Assembly: GCA_965112735.1 (NCBI GenBank)
Contig: OZ218952.1
Span: 310,001 to 374,000 of the forward strand
From: Phaeosaccion multiseriatum
Taxonomy: Eukaryota; Protista; Ochrophyta, other classes
Reading direction: 5' to 3'
DNA length: 64,000 nt
The notes beneath the pieces are model-generated. The model was not told the origin of the DNA and did not search any database. It saw only the letters and a program-made list of their open reading frames with translations. The position numbers and the translations under genes were made by a program. Below, one piece after another: positions 50,043 to 62,900 of this stretch; position 1 is the stretch's first letter, and every line of letters starts with the position of its first letter.

Positions 50043-50294
50043 CTTTTTCTTAATTCGCCTTAAGAGAGATAACTGGGTGGGCGGACACACCCGTTTTGCG
50101 GACAGGGCCTACCCCCCCCACCCCCCCCCCCCCCCTTTTTCTTCTTTAGCCACTACTGGCGCCGTACTTGCCTCCCTGTCTTGGCCCTGCCTCTTACGAA
50201 CACATTGCCACCTTTAGAAGTCTGGAGTAAGTTACTAAGGGATCATAGACTCAAATCTGAATTTGAAATCTGGAAAAGATATTACTTTTAGAAG

Positions 50295-50360
50295 CTTACG
50301 TAAGTGCGTCGCATACTTACGTAAGTACGTCACATCCTTACATAAGTACGGCACGTAAGG
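50295..50360. promoter_or_regulatory. 21-bp-period repeat of the palindrome CTTACGTAAG upstream of the PKS
   Basis: cttacgtaagt at 50295 and 50316, cttacataagt at 50337. The regulatory role is inferred. Confidence 0.4.
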
Positions 50361-50908
50361 GAATTGGGTGTCTGTCCGCTGGGAAAATTAGCCCCCCCTC
50401 GCCCCCCCCCCCCCTTTTCCACTTTCCAGAGGTGCGTGTGAATTTCTGCTCAGCGTCCAGAGTAGCCATAGGTAAGGGAGGCACAATAAAGCCATCGGAA
50501 CCTCAAACAACCTGTGTCCTTCAGAGTTAGCAGCAAAACCGATTAGCTGTCCGTTCACCCAAGTATCTCTCTTAATTTCGTCTAAAAAAAATCACGGAAA
50601 AAAAAAATCACGGAAAAGAAGAAAAAAAAGAAAAAAAAGAAAAAAAGGCGTGCCGAAAATCTTCCGTGCAAATTTCTCTGCTGCTGCTCAGGCCATCGGC
50701 ACTCCCAAAGGAGTGTCTTCAAGCTCTACACGCTTGCACGGCCCATAACCCTCTGTTTCTGCCCCCCCCCTCGCCTCCTCATTACTCCCTTTCATTCCCT
50801 TTCCTCCCTTTTCCCCCTTTCCCCCTTTCCCTTCTTTCCCTTTTCCCAGCCATGCTTACTCGGCACACTTGCCCCTCTAGCGTTGGATCGGGCCAAGGAG
50901 GAGAGAGA

Positions 50909-53900
50909 ATGCCCGGGGCCGGCAAGGAGCCGGCGCAGGATCAGCCTGAGGGTGCAGCAACGGGTGTGGGGGAGGAGGGACCGGCGGCGGAGACACCCGC
51001 GGCAGCAGCACCAGTGCCAGGCAAAGAGGAGGAGGTTCGAAGGGCCCATCTTTCCCCCACGCACCCAAACATGGGCAGCGGAGCAACGAGGGGCGAGAAA
51101 GACGGCCATCGTCGGGGCGACATTGCCATTGTTGGAATGGCCTGCCGCTTCCCTGGAGGTGCCAACTCCGTTCCTGAGCTGTGGGACCTGCTCTGCAGGG
51201 AGCGCAGCGGCATCACAGACATGCCCACAGATAGGTGCGTGAGTGGGCGGTGGCTGGGTCTGGGCGACGGAACCTTGGAGATGATGGGTAGCGTGCATCA
51301 TGGTGCTTAGCAATTTGCCCCCGCCCCGCCCCTGCCACCGCAGCAGATCTTGCTGGAGTGTTTTGGGCGGGAGGGAGTTGGGATGGTAGTGGACGGGATG
51401 AGGCCTGAAGAATCCTGTACACACGGTCGAGGAGAGCTGATGGTTCCCACACTTATCTTTCTCTCCTTTATCCCGCCCCCTCCCTGCTGCGCCTCCCAAA
51501 TCACTCTTCCCGCGTTCGCGCACGTCCCTCCTCTCACAGATGGGAGCCTGCGACCTTGGACAAGCTCAAGCGTGGAGAAAGCGGTTATCCCACGCGGGGG
51601 GGCTTCCTCCCCGACGTAGAGCTGTTCGATAACGCCTTCTTCAACATCTCTGACCCGGAAGCGTCCGCAATGGACCCTCAGCAGCGAGGTTAGCAAAGCG
51701 TCACAATCCTCTTCTTGTGTGACTCGGAGTTGTTTCGTCTTCAGTAAAACCAACAAGGTCTCACCTGCTTTGCCGTTCTCCTCAACACACGCAGTCATGT
51801 TGGAGGTAGCCTACGAGACATTTCGCGACGCAGGGCTTGACAAGGAAGCTCTGCTTGAGAGCAAAACAGGTGGGTCGATGTACCCCTTTCAGTAGTGATG
51901 ACTGAAGCAAATAGTGAGCAGAATCAGACGAAGAGGGAGAAACTGCTAAACTCCTCTTCTCGAACCTCCAGGAGTGTTCATCGGGTGCGGCAACGGAGAC
52001 TGGATGTCCAAAATGCAGTCCCTCGCTCCTGGACCGTACGTTGCTACGGGCGCTTCAGAGGCTCTCGTGGCCAATAGGGTCTCCTTCGCCCTCGGTCTGA
52101 CTGGACCTTCGCAGACCATCAACACGGCCTCTTCCTCCTCTCTCGTGGCCGTGCACCAGGCCTGCCGCGGCCTCCAAAGCCGCGACTGCGACATGGCCCT
52201 GGCCGGAGGAGTGTCCATCATGACCAGCCTTGAGCCCTTCTCCGCGATGTCATCGCTGCACTTGCTGTCAGACAAGTGCATGGTCTTTGATGCCGCTGCC
52301 AACGGCTACGTGCGGGCAGGTGAGCACGAGCGGCGCCTGCGAGACTGTATAGAAGACTAGAAGGACGAGAACGAGATTGACATGTGGTAGAGCTTGCTTA
52401 CCGCAGCGCTCTGATTCACGGCCCTTTCCAGCTCCACAAGGAGGGCGGTGAGAGGGAGAGGGAGAGGGAGAGGGAGAGGGAAAGGCGGAGGCGGGGAGAG
52501 GGAGAGAGGGTAAGAGGGAGCAGGAGCGGGAGAGGGAGAGGGAGAGGGAATGAGAGAGGGAGGAAGAGAAGGGGGGATGGAGAGAAAGATCGGGAGAGCG
52601 AGAGAGGTAGCGGGAGAGAGAGGAAGAGATGGAGAGGAGCAGGGGCAGAGACAGGGAGAAAGGGAAAGGGAGAGGAAGGGGGGGGGGAGGGAAGAAGAGA
52701 AGTGCAGGATGAGCAAGGAGTGTTTTTTTGGGTCTGAGATTGTCCTTTTTCGATAACCTGATGAGCACGGCTCGACCACCCCCCTAGCTCACCCTCCAGT
52801 CACCTCCATTTGCTGCTTGTGCCCTGCGGCTGCGAGCAGAGGGCTGCGGCGCCGTCGTGCTAAAGCGCCACGAAGACGCCATAGAGGCCCAAGACAACAT
52901 ATTGGCGGTGATTCGAGGCTCCTGCATCAATCACACGGGCCACGGCACGACCCTCACTGCCCCCAACGAAGCGGCACAGAAGGCGGCGGTCTTGGACTCC
53001 GTAGCAGAGGCGGGCATCGCTCTGTCCGACGTGAGCTTCATCGAGGCGCACGGCACGGGCACGCCCCTCGGGGACCGCACGGAGTGGGCTTCCATCGCCG
53101 GAACCTATGGAGACCACGACCTGGCAACAGCCCGCCGTCTCGTCGTTGGCGCGATCAAGACCAACCTTGGTCACGCGGAGGCTGCGGCTGGCATTGCGGG
53201 GCTCATCAAGACGGTGCTGGTGCTTAGGCATGTCCAAGCGCCTCCCAACCTCAACCTGTCCACGCTGAACCCTGCACTGAAGACGGAGGGCAACAGCGCT
53301 CTGCTGCCCATCCCCGGACGCATGACCCCCATCTCCACCCGAATCGGAGGTGCGTTGGGGCCCTTACTCAAAAACGTTTCCTGTGATCACTCACTCACTC
53401 ACTCACTCACTCACTCCCTCACTCACTCACTCACTACTCACTCACTCAATCACTCACTCACTCAGTCACTCACTCACTCACTCACTCACTCACTCACTCA
53501 CTCACTCGCTCACTCACTCCTCACTCACTCACTCACTCGCTCACTCACTCACTCACTCACTCACTCACTCACTCACTCACTAACTCACTCACTCACTTAC
53601 TCACTCCCGCACTCACGCACTCACTCCCTCCTGCTCTCCATCACTCACTCCCGCACCCACGCACTCACTCCCTCCTCTCCCTCCCTCCCTCCCTCCCTCA
53701 CTCCCTCACTCACTCACTCACTCACGCACTCACTCACTCACTCACCCACCCACCCAATCACTCACTCACCCACTCCCACTCACTCACTCGCTTCTTCTTG
53801 AGACAAGTTCAAGAGGACTTTAGAGGGGATGAGCTATCGTATGATGGTTAATGGCTGAACCCGTTCTCACCATGCCCTTCTGCTCGCTGTGGTTACTTCT

Positions 53901-56900
53901 GCTCCTTTTGCAGCTGTCAACTCCTTTGGGTTTGGTGGTGTCAACGCCCACGTCATCCTGGAGGGGATGGCCATCTCACACGCAGAGAAGACCAACGTCA
54001 GAGCCTCCCTGTTCACGAGCAGAAAGGCCTTCAAGCTGCTGTCCGCCCCACCGACATCGGCGGGCGGAAATAACTCCTTGGCAGTAGAGCTCCGCGGTGT
54101 CAGTCCAGCTGAACGCCAAGAGAGGCTTCGATCCGTCATCTCCGACATCGCCCTCTCCAGCACGGCAGGCTCTGCAGGTATTGACGTGGACAAACCTCTC
54201 ATGGAGGCTGGCATGGATTCGTTGGCGCTCATGGAGCTGAGGCAGCGTCTGCACCTGCTCACGGACATTCCCGTTAGTAGTGCCGCCCTCTTCGCCCACC
54301 CCACCGTGGCGGCCTTGGCGGAGTGGTTGGGCTCGGCGCTCATGGAGGGAAGTGCAAGCAGCCTGCGCCTGTCCAGGAGGATGCCATCGTCTCAAGGGGG
54401 GGGCGACGCTTCTGCCCCGCTTGCAATAGTTAGCATGGCGTGCCGCTTCCCTGGAGGCGCAGACAGTCCCGACGCTTTCTGGTCCATGCTGCTGGAGGGA
54501 AGGGACTGTATCACCGCCATGCCCCCGGGAAGACTCCCTGGTGCGGCGAAGGAGTGGCACGGAGGCTTCATCGACGGCGTGGAGATGTTTGACAATGCCA
54601 CCTTTGGCATCTCCGTAGCCGAGGCCGAGGCCATGGACCCCACTCAGCGCATCATGCTCGAGGTCGGCTACGAGGCGCTGCGCGAGGCAGGCTTCTCTGT
54701 GGCCACGCTGCGCAACAGCAACACCGGAGTGTTCGTGGGCTCTATGCAGCACGGCGACTGGGCCGCGCTCAACAAGGACGGTGACACCAAAGCTCACTCC
54801 ATGATGGGCGAGTCAGCGGGCTGTCCTGCGAATCGCCTGTCCTACGCACTGGGCTTGCGAGGCCCAAGCATATCGGTTGATACACTTTGCTCTTCCTCTC
54901 TCGTTGCCTTGGACACGGCTTGTCGCTACCTTCGCTTCGGCATGTGCGAAGCTGCGGTTGTGGGAGGAGTGAACCTGCTACTCAGCTCCCGTTCCTTCGA
55001 GCACCTCGACAAGGGAGGTTTCTTGTCCAAGGACTGGTACGTATGGGACAATGGGGGAGCTTGCCTTGGGGAGCATCGAGGTCCTGTAATGCGAGTAGAG
55101 TCATAGAGGGCTTGCTGACAGGTATACACAAGCATCATCCCTCTCATCGGCTTGTCCTTCCTTCTCTGCCCCCATCTGCCTCGTGCTGCTACCGAAGGCG
55201 CTGCAAGACGTTCGACGCAGCGGCTAACGGCTACGTCCGAGGAGAGGGCTGCGGCGCCTTGGTGGTGAAGCGGCTTGACGACGCGGAGCGCAGCGGAGAC
55301 AACATCCTGGCCGTCGTGCGGGGAAGCTCTGTGAACCACAATGGGCGCTCTATGCGGCTCACAGCACCCAGTCCAGACGCACAGCAGACGCTGATGGAGG
55401 CAACCTTGGAGGAGGCGGGTGTAGCGGGAAGCGAGGTTCACTTCGTGGAGGCGCACGGCACCGGCACGGCTCTTGGCGACCCCATCGAGATGAGCGCCCT
55501 CAAAGCCGCCTATGGAGAAGGGCGGGAGAGCTCTTTCCCACTCATGGTGGGAGCGGTCAAGACTAACATTGGTCACCTGGAGGGCGCCGCAGGCATCGCG
55601 GGAGTCATCAAGACCGTCCTGGCGCTTCAGCACAGAGCTGTTCCGGGCAATCTGCACCTCGGCACGCTCAATCCTCAGCTGGGCATTGATGGATTTGCGG
55701 TGGCCTTCCCGTCGTCCAGACTAACCCCCTTGAGTGGCGAGGGACACCCCAATGGCCGCAGCGAGCTCTTGTACGCAGGAGTAAGCTCGTTCGGAGCAGG
55801 AGGCACCAACGCCCATGTGGTGCTGAGCAGCGCTGCGCCGAGAGTGGAGGGGGAGGGTTCGAAGACACCGACGAGGAGGAAGACGGAGGTGGCCGCATCT
55901 CCCGTCGCCTTTCTCTTCACGGGGCAAGGCTCCCAGTACCCCGGCATGGGCAAGGAGCTCTACGATGAGGTGAGTTCTCTTGCTCGTTTTAACCTCTGTA
56001 TCTGTCAGTGCTCCTCTTGTCTTCTCCGTCGCTTCGCATCACCTCGGCCACCTACCCTCGTTCTCATATGCTTTTCTCTCTTGTCTCTGCTTTGCGTGTC
56101 TCTCGTTCGCTGCCTCAACAGCGTGAGGTCTTTCGTGAAGCTGTTCGTCGGTGCGATGGCCTCCTGCAGGACCAGGCCTGGCTAGACAAGTCTGTGGTGG
56201 AGCTCATGTATCCTGCTGCCGAGGAAAGGGAGAGTGTACAAGCGCTGCTGAAGGAGACACGCTACTGCCAGCCATTCCTGTTTGTGCTGGAGTACGCCCT
56301 CTGTGAGCTGTGGAAGTCGGAGGGCGTGGAGCCGTCCATGGTGATGGGCCACAGCCTGGGCGAGGTAGTGGCGGCGTGCGTGGCCGGCGTCATGTCGCTG
56401 GAGGACGGGCTGATGCTGTCCGCCAAGAGAGGAGCCGCCATGCAGGCCTGCCCCGAGGGCGAGGGAGTGATGTTCGCAGTGAGGGCTGGCAAGGAGGCGA
56501 CCTTGGCAGGCATCGTGGCTGCGAGGCTGGCAGGCGAAGTGGTGCTGGCGTCGTCGAATGGATCGAGCGCGAGCGTGATCTCTGGGGCGCGCAGCGCTGT
56601 GGATAAGGTCGTGCTTTTAGCGGATGGGGTGGGCTGCAAGGCCCTGGAGGTGTCGCACGCCTTCCACTCGCCCCTGATGCAGCCTGCTGTACGTGCTCTG
56701 GAGGAGTCTCTAAGTGAGGTGTCACTCAACGCCCCACGCATCCCCCTGGTGTCCAACGTGACGGGTGAGGTGGTCAAGGCAGAGGAGGTGACGCAGGTAG
56801 CGTACTGGGTGCAACACATGCTATCGCCGGTGCTGTTCGCGGAGAGTATCACCACACTACTCCGGGAGAGGCCTGAAGGTGTACGAGTGGTAGAGATTGG

Positions 56901-59900
56901 GCCCAGCTCTGTGCTGATCAACATGGCGCGGCAATGCGAGGGAGAGAGATCGGACGTGATGTGGCAGCCGTCCATGCGGCGGGAGGGGAGCGACACCGCC
57001 TCGTTCGACAGAGCAGTGGCGGCAGTGCTGGGCAAGCCCACACCTCTGTTCCCCACCCGTCGTGCGCTCCCTTGGTTCGAGCAGCAGGCGCATGCGATGG
57101 TACCAAGCGGCGGCGTCGTCGAGAAGAAGGGAGGAACACTCCTCTCATGCCGCTTAACCCCTCAGCTCAAGGGCTTGCTGCAGGATCACGCGGTGGGAGG
57201 AGTGGTGCTCATGCCGGGCATGGGGTACATCGAGATTGGCCTTGCCGCCTTGCTGAAGGGCAAGCCTTTCCCTGGCGAGAGGCAAGTGGTCCTGAAGGGC
57301 CTGGTCTTCATGTCTCCACTGGAAATTGCAGGCGCTCGTGCCCCCGATGTGGACCGTACGGTGGAGGGCTCCACCACTGTGGTCGCTTCTGAAGTCAGTG
57401 CCTTCGTCACTGCCCGCGGCAGCGTGCAGTTTATCGGAGGTCCCCACGGCAAGGCTGGAGAGACGGTGGCGAAGGCGACTTCCCTTCAATTGTGCACAAG
57501 GACGGAGGCAGAGACATTGGATGTGGCGCGGGTGAGAGCCGCGGTGGGGGACGAGGACATCGCCGAGGGGCTCTACCTCAAGCTTGCCGGTGCTGGGTAT
57601 GACTACGGTGCCAGCTTTGTCCGAACGCAGCACCTATTCGCCGCCAGTGGACAGGCCTTGTCGGTTGCGGTGGCAATGGATGGCAGCCTATCGGCGGAGT
57701 GGGAGATCAACGGCTTCTACCTCCACCCTGCAGTGTTGGATAATGCCGCGCACACCATGTTGGCGCTCTTGCCTGAGGAGCTGACGAGCAAGGCCTTTGC
57801 CGCCGTCTTCTTGCCCACCGGCTGCGAAGAGGTGCTTGTGCGAGGGGCCATCACGAGCGAGAAGGTGTGGGTTCATGCGGTGGTGAAGGAGGTGGACTCT
57901 CAAGCTCTTGCGATCGAGTGCGACATCGTGATAGCACACTTCGAGACGAAGCAAGTGCTCGTGCAGCTTAACCGCTTCCGGATGCAGCTGGCCCGAGGCT
58001 TCTCCCGCACCAACCCCGTCAGCCGAGCGCTGTATTCTCTAGAGTGGCTGCCCAACGATTCCATCTCCCGCAGCAGAGGTGACGTGGAAGAGCGAGAGGA
58101 AGCTTGGCTGCTCCTCACCAGCGGCGGTCGTGGCAGCTTGGACAAGGCGGTGAAAGAGAGCTTGCCCATCTCTGTGACACTGACGGAGAGGGAGGTCAAG
58201 AGCATCGACGACTCCACCCTCGCTTCAGAAGCCCCAGCAGGATGGGGCCGTGTGGTGTGCACCTTGTTCGGCGGCAAGCAGCAGAGCCCCAGCCAAGAGG
58301 CACAGACACTCCTCTTGTTGCTACAGCAGCTCTTACGAAGGCCAGCTCCCTTGATGGTGCTGGTGCAGGACACGCTGAGTGGCGGCGAGGGGTGGAGGCA
58401 TCACTGGGTGTACGGCATGATTCGAACCGCTCGTGTTGAGCACCCTTCGCTGGCCATGACGGTGGTGGACGTGGGCAGCGAGGACCTGCCCAAGTGCTGG
58501 GCCATTGCGTCACTGGGGCAGGACGTTTTGGTGCGAAACGGACGATATCTCACGCCTCAGCTGACTCGCTCCTCGGTAGTCAGCCTTCCCTTCTCCTTCG
58601 ATCTCATGGCGAGGGGAAGCATCGAGGGAGGCTTGAAGCGCAGAGACGTACTCCCTTCCGAGAGAGACGCTGCCTTGCAGGACGGGGAGATTGAAATTTG
58701 TGTCAAGGCGGTGGGGCTCAACTTCAGAGACGTGCTGAATGTGCTCGACCTGTACCCTGGCGACCCTGGACAGCCTGGCATCGAGCTATCGGGGGTGGTC
58801 ACTCGAGCATCGCGAAACTCGCGCTTTCAAGTGGGAGACAAGGTCTACGGGTTTCCGGACAAGGGCTGCTTCTGCTCCCACGTAACGACAAGTGACGTGT
58901 GTCTGGCCAACATGCCTTCCAACAGGACCTTCGAGGACATGGCGGCGCTGCCTATCGCGTGGCTCACAGTGGTGCACGCCTTTGAGCAACTCGCTGGCTT
59001 GAAGCGTGGTGAGAAGGTGCTCATCCATGCCGCGTCAGGTGGAGTGGGTCTGGTGGCCGTGCAATTTGCTCAGCGCATCGGAGCGGAGATCTACGCCACT
59101 GCTGGATCCGTTGAGAAGCACGCCTACTTGCGAGGCCTGGGTGTGAAGCACATTGCGTCGTCGCGAGATGCGGAGGCCTTTAAGGCTTCCATGGGAGCTG
59201 CGAAGGTGGATGTGGTGCTCAATTGCCTGTCAGACAACTTCATCCCTTACTCTCTGGAGCTGCTGACGAAGAGCGGGCGCTTCATGGAGATCGGCAAGCG
59301 AGGCGTGTGGACCAGGGAGGCGATGAAGGCTGCCAGGCCCGACGTGCTGTACGAGCTGATTGCGCTGGACTCCATGATAGCAGACGACTTCAAGGCCGAG
59401 AAGCAGGGCTGGGCGTTCGCTGGGCTGGAGCAACTGACAGCGGACAGTGAGGCGGGCAGGGCCGAGGCGCTACCAGTGAAGACATTCGACTTGAGGGATG
59501 AGCTTGTGGAGGCAATAAACTTCCTCAGAACTGCGAAGCACATTGGGAAGGTTGTGCTCAGTAGCCCTGAGTGTGGCATTCCCGTCGTGCGAGATGGGAC
59601 TTACGTTATCAGCGGTGGGCTGGGGGCGCTGGGGCTGGCGACTGCGAAGCATTTGGCTGATAAAGGAGCTCGTCATCTTGTACTGCTCTCGCGAGGGGGA
59701 AAGGTCAAGGCGGACTCCCAGTCGCTGTGGGAGGAGCTTCTCACCGCGCCCGGCGGGGTGAGCACCAGGGCTGTATCGTGCGATGTGTCTAGCGCGCAGT
59801 CGCTTGAGAAGGCCCTAGGCACGGCGCTCAGCAGCATGCCGCCCGTGCGAGGTGTCATCCACGCTGCTGGCGTGCTCGACGATCGCTTGCTGGTGAACCA

Positions 59901-62900
59901 GACGCCCGAGAGTATCGTAGAGGTCTTCAAGCCGAAGGTGGAGGGCGCTTGGAATCTGCACGAGCTGTCGCTGCAGATGGCCTGGCCCTTGGACTTCTTT
60001 GTGTCCTACACATCCATGGCAGGTGTGTTAGGCAATGCAGGCCAGGCCAACTATGCTGCAGCCAACGCTGCTGTGGACGGGCTGATGCAGCATCGTCGGT
60101 GCCTCGGTCACTCCAGCTCTGTGGCCCTCCAATGGGGGCCGTGGGGCGAGGCTGGCATGGCCGCTCGGTCCGAAGTTGCCATGGCCAGTCTGGAGATGGC
60201 AGGCGTTGGGCTCATCAGTAAGGCATTGGGTATGGCGGCGCTTGATGCCGGCGTGTCAGCTCCATCTGCGGCATCGCGCGAGCTCTTGGTTCTGCCTGGC
60301 ATGGACTGGCCCGCCTTCTCTGAGGCTGCTGGCAACCCCGGGATGCTCGATGCTCTCGTTAGAGAGGCTTCGATGGTGGGGCCGCAGAACAAGGCTAGCA
60401 ACAGTGTGACGACCGAGGTTAAGCGCGACCTACTGAAGCTGTCGGAGGGAGAGCGAAAGCCCATGCTGCAGGCTTTAATCATGGAGATGGCAAAAGCATG
60501 CATTGGGGAAGCAGGCATCGAGCTCGACGCTTTGAGGCCTTTGATGGAGGCTGGGCTGGACTCCATGTCTACGGTGGAGCTTCGGAGTCGACTTCAAGCT
60601 CGTTTCGGTGTGCCGGTCCCCAACGATGTGCTCTTCAGTCACCCCTCAGTGGCAGCGCTGAATGTGTGGCTCGAGGGCTTGGTCTTGGGGGCTGAGGAGG
60701 GTGAATATGAGGAGAGGAATGCTGAACCGGCTGGAGGTAGCATGACTGCTCCCCTGGCTATAGTGGGCATGGCGTGCCGCTTGCCAGGTGGTTCGAACAG
60801 CCCAGAGGAGTTTTGGGCCATGCTTAGCAATGGCAAGGACTGTGTCCAGCCAGCGCCGCTCGACCGCTGGGCGAGCAAGGAGGAGGATGAACAGCAGTGG
60901 CAAGGAAGCTTCATCGACGGCGTGGAAATGTTCGATTCATCTGTGTTCGGCATATCCAGTCCTGAGGCTTCTGCCATGGACCCACACCAACGGGTGATGC
61001 TGGAGGTGGGACTGGAGGCGCTTGTGACTGCGGGCTATACCAAGCAAAGCCTGAGTGGCAGTCAGACCGGAGTGTTCGTGGGCATGAGCGGCAGTGACTG
61101 GGGAGCACTCGGGGAAGGCTCGTCCTCGACAGGCGCGTATAGCACAATGGGCGCAGCAGGGGCAAGCGTGTCCAATCGTCTGTCGTACACGCTCGGACTG
61201 CAGGGCCCGTCCATGACCACTGACACGGCGTGCTCGTCCTCTCTGGTGGCCCTGGATAGCGCTTGCAGCAGCTTACGCATGGGCAAGTGCGACGCAGCCG
61301 TGGTGGGCGGAGTGAATCTGTTGCTGGGCACGCAGAGCTTCGAAAGGCTGAAGGGCAGTGGTTTCTTATCGCCCGACGGGTACGTGCTGCGCTTGAGTGT
61401 GGAGTGCTTCCATACCTGTTGTGTTCACCCCTCTTCTCCCTTTGGCCATCGGCTCTCTGGCAAGTCGCACAGTGAGAACGACTTGAGTGCCTTACCAAGC
61501 CAACTTCCCTTACCCCACCCCACAATTCCCATGCCCTTCTCAGGCGCTGCAAGACGTTCGACGCGTCGGCAAACGGATACGTGCGTGGTGAAGGATGCGG
61601 TGCCGTTGTGCTGAAACTTTTGGATGACGCCCTCGCTGCCGGAGACACCGTCCTCGCTGTGATTGAGGGCTGTGCCGTGAATCACAACGGAACCAGTGCC
61701 CGCCTCACGGCCCCCAGCCCCGCCGCCCAGCAGAGACTCGTCGAGGCGACGCTGCGTGACGCCGGTCGAGAGGGCTCCGAGGTACGCATCGTGGAGGCAC
61801 ACGGCACGGGAACCTCGCTAGGCGACCCCATCGAGATGAGCGCTCTCAGGGCCACGTACGGGAAGAACCGTGACGACTCTTTCCCGCTTGTGGTGGGTGC
61901 GGTCAAGACCAATATTGGCCATCTGGAGGGTGCGGCGGGCATTGCCGGGCTCATCAAGGCCGTCTTGATGCTGCAGCACCGCGCTGTGCCCGCCAACCTC
62001 CACCTCGAGAGCATCAACCCAGAGCTGGACATGGACGGCTTCCCCGTGCAGCTCCCGTCGGTGATGGTGGAGTTGGAGGACGAGGGAGACATGTTGGTGG
62101 GGGTGAGCTCATTCGGGGCGGGAGGAACGAATGCACACGTGCTGCTGAGGAGTTATGGGGAGAAGAGTGAGGGTGCGCCAGGCCCTAATCCGGTGCAAGC
62201 AGAGACTCCAGTGGCGTTCTTGTTCACTGGGCAGGGTTCGCAGTACGTGGGCATGGGCAGGGAGCTGTACGAGAAGGAGGGCGTGTTCCGCGAGTGCATA
62301 CAGCGGTGCAGCGGACTTCTCATGGAGCGGGCCTGGCTAACGGACAAGTCTGTGGTGGAGCTCATGTACCCTACCGCCGCTCAGGACGGGAAGGAGGAGC
62401 AGGAGAAGACTGCACAAGCGCTGCTGAAGGAGACACGCTACTGCCAGCCGTGCCTGTTTGTGCTGGAGTATGCCCTCTGTGAGCTGTGGAAGTCGGAGGG
62501 CGTGGAGCCTTCCATGGTGATGGGCCACAGCCTGGGCGAGGTAGTGGCGGCGTGCGTAGCCGGCGTCATGTCGCTGGAGGACGGGCTGATGCTGTCCGCC
62601 AAGAGAGGAGCCGCCATGCAGGCCTGCCCCGAGGGCGAGGGAGTGATGTTCGCAGTGAGGGCAGGCAAGGAGGCGACTTTGGCAAGCATCGACGCTGCGG
62701 GGGGGGCAGGGGAAGTGGTGCTGGCGTCGTCGAATGGACCGAGCGCGAGCGTGATCTCTGGAGCGCGCAGCGGTGTGGACAAGGTGGTGGAGAAGCTCAC
62801 GACAGATGGGGTGGGCTGCAAGGCCCTGGAGGTGTCGCACGCCTTCCACTCTCCTCTGATGGAGCCCGCTGTACGTGCGCTGGAGGAGGCTCTGAGGCAG

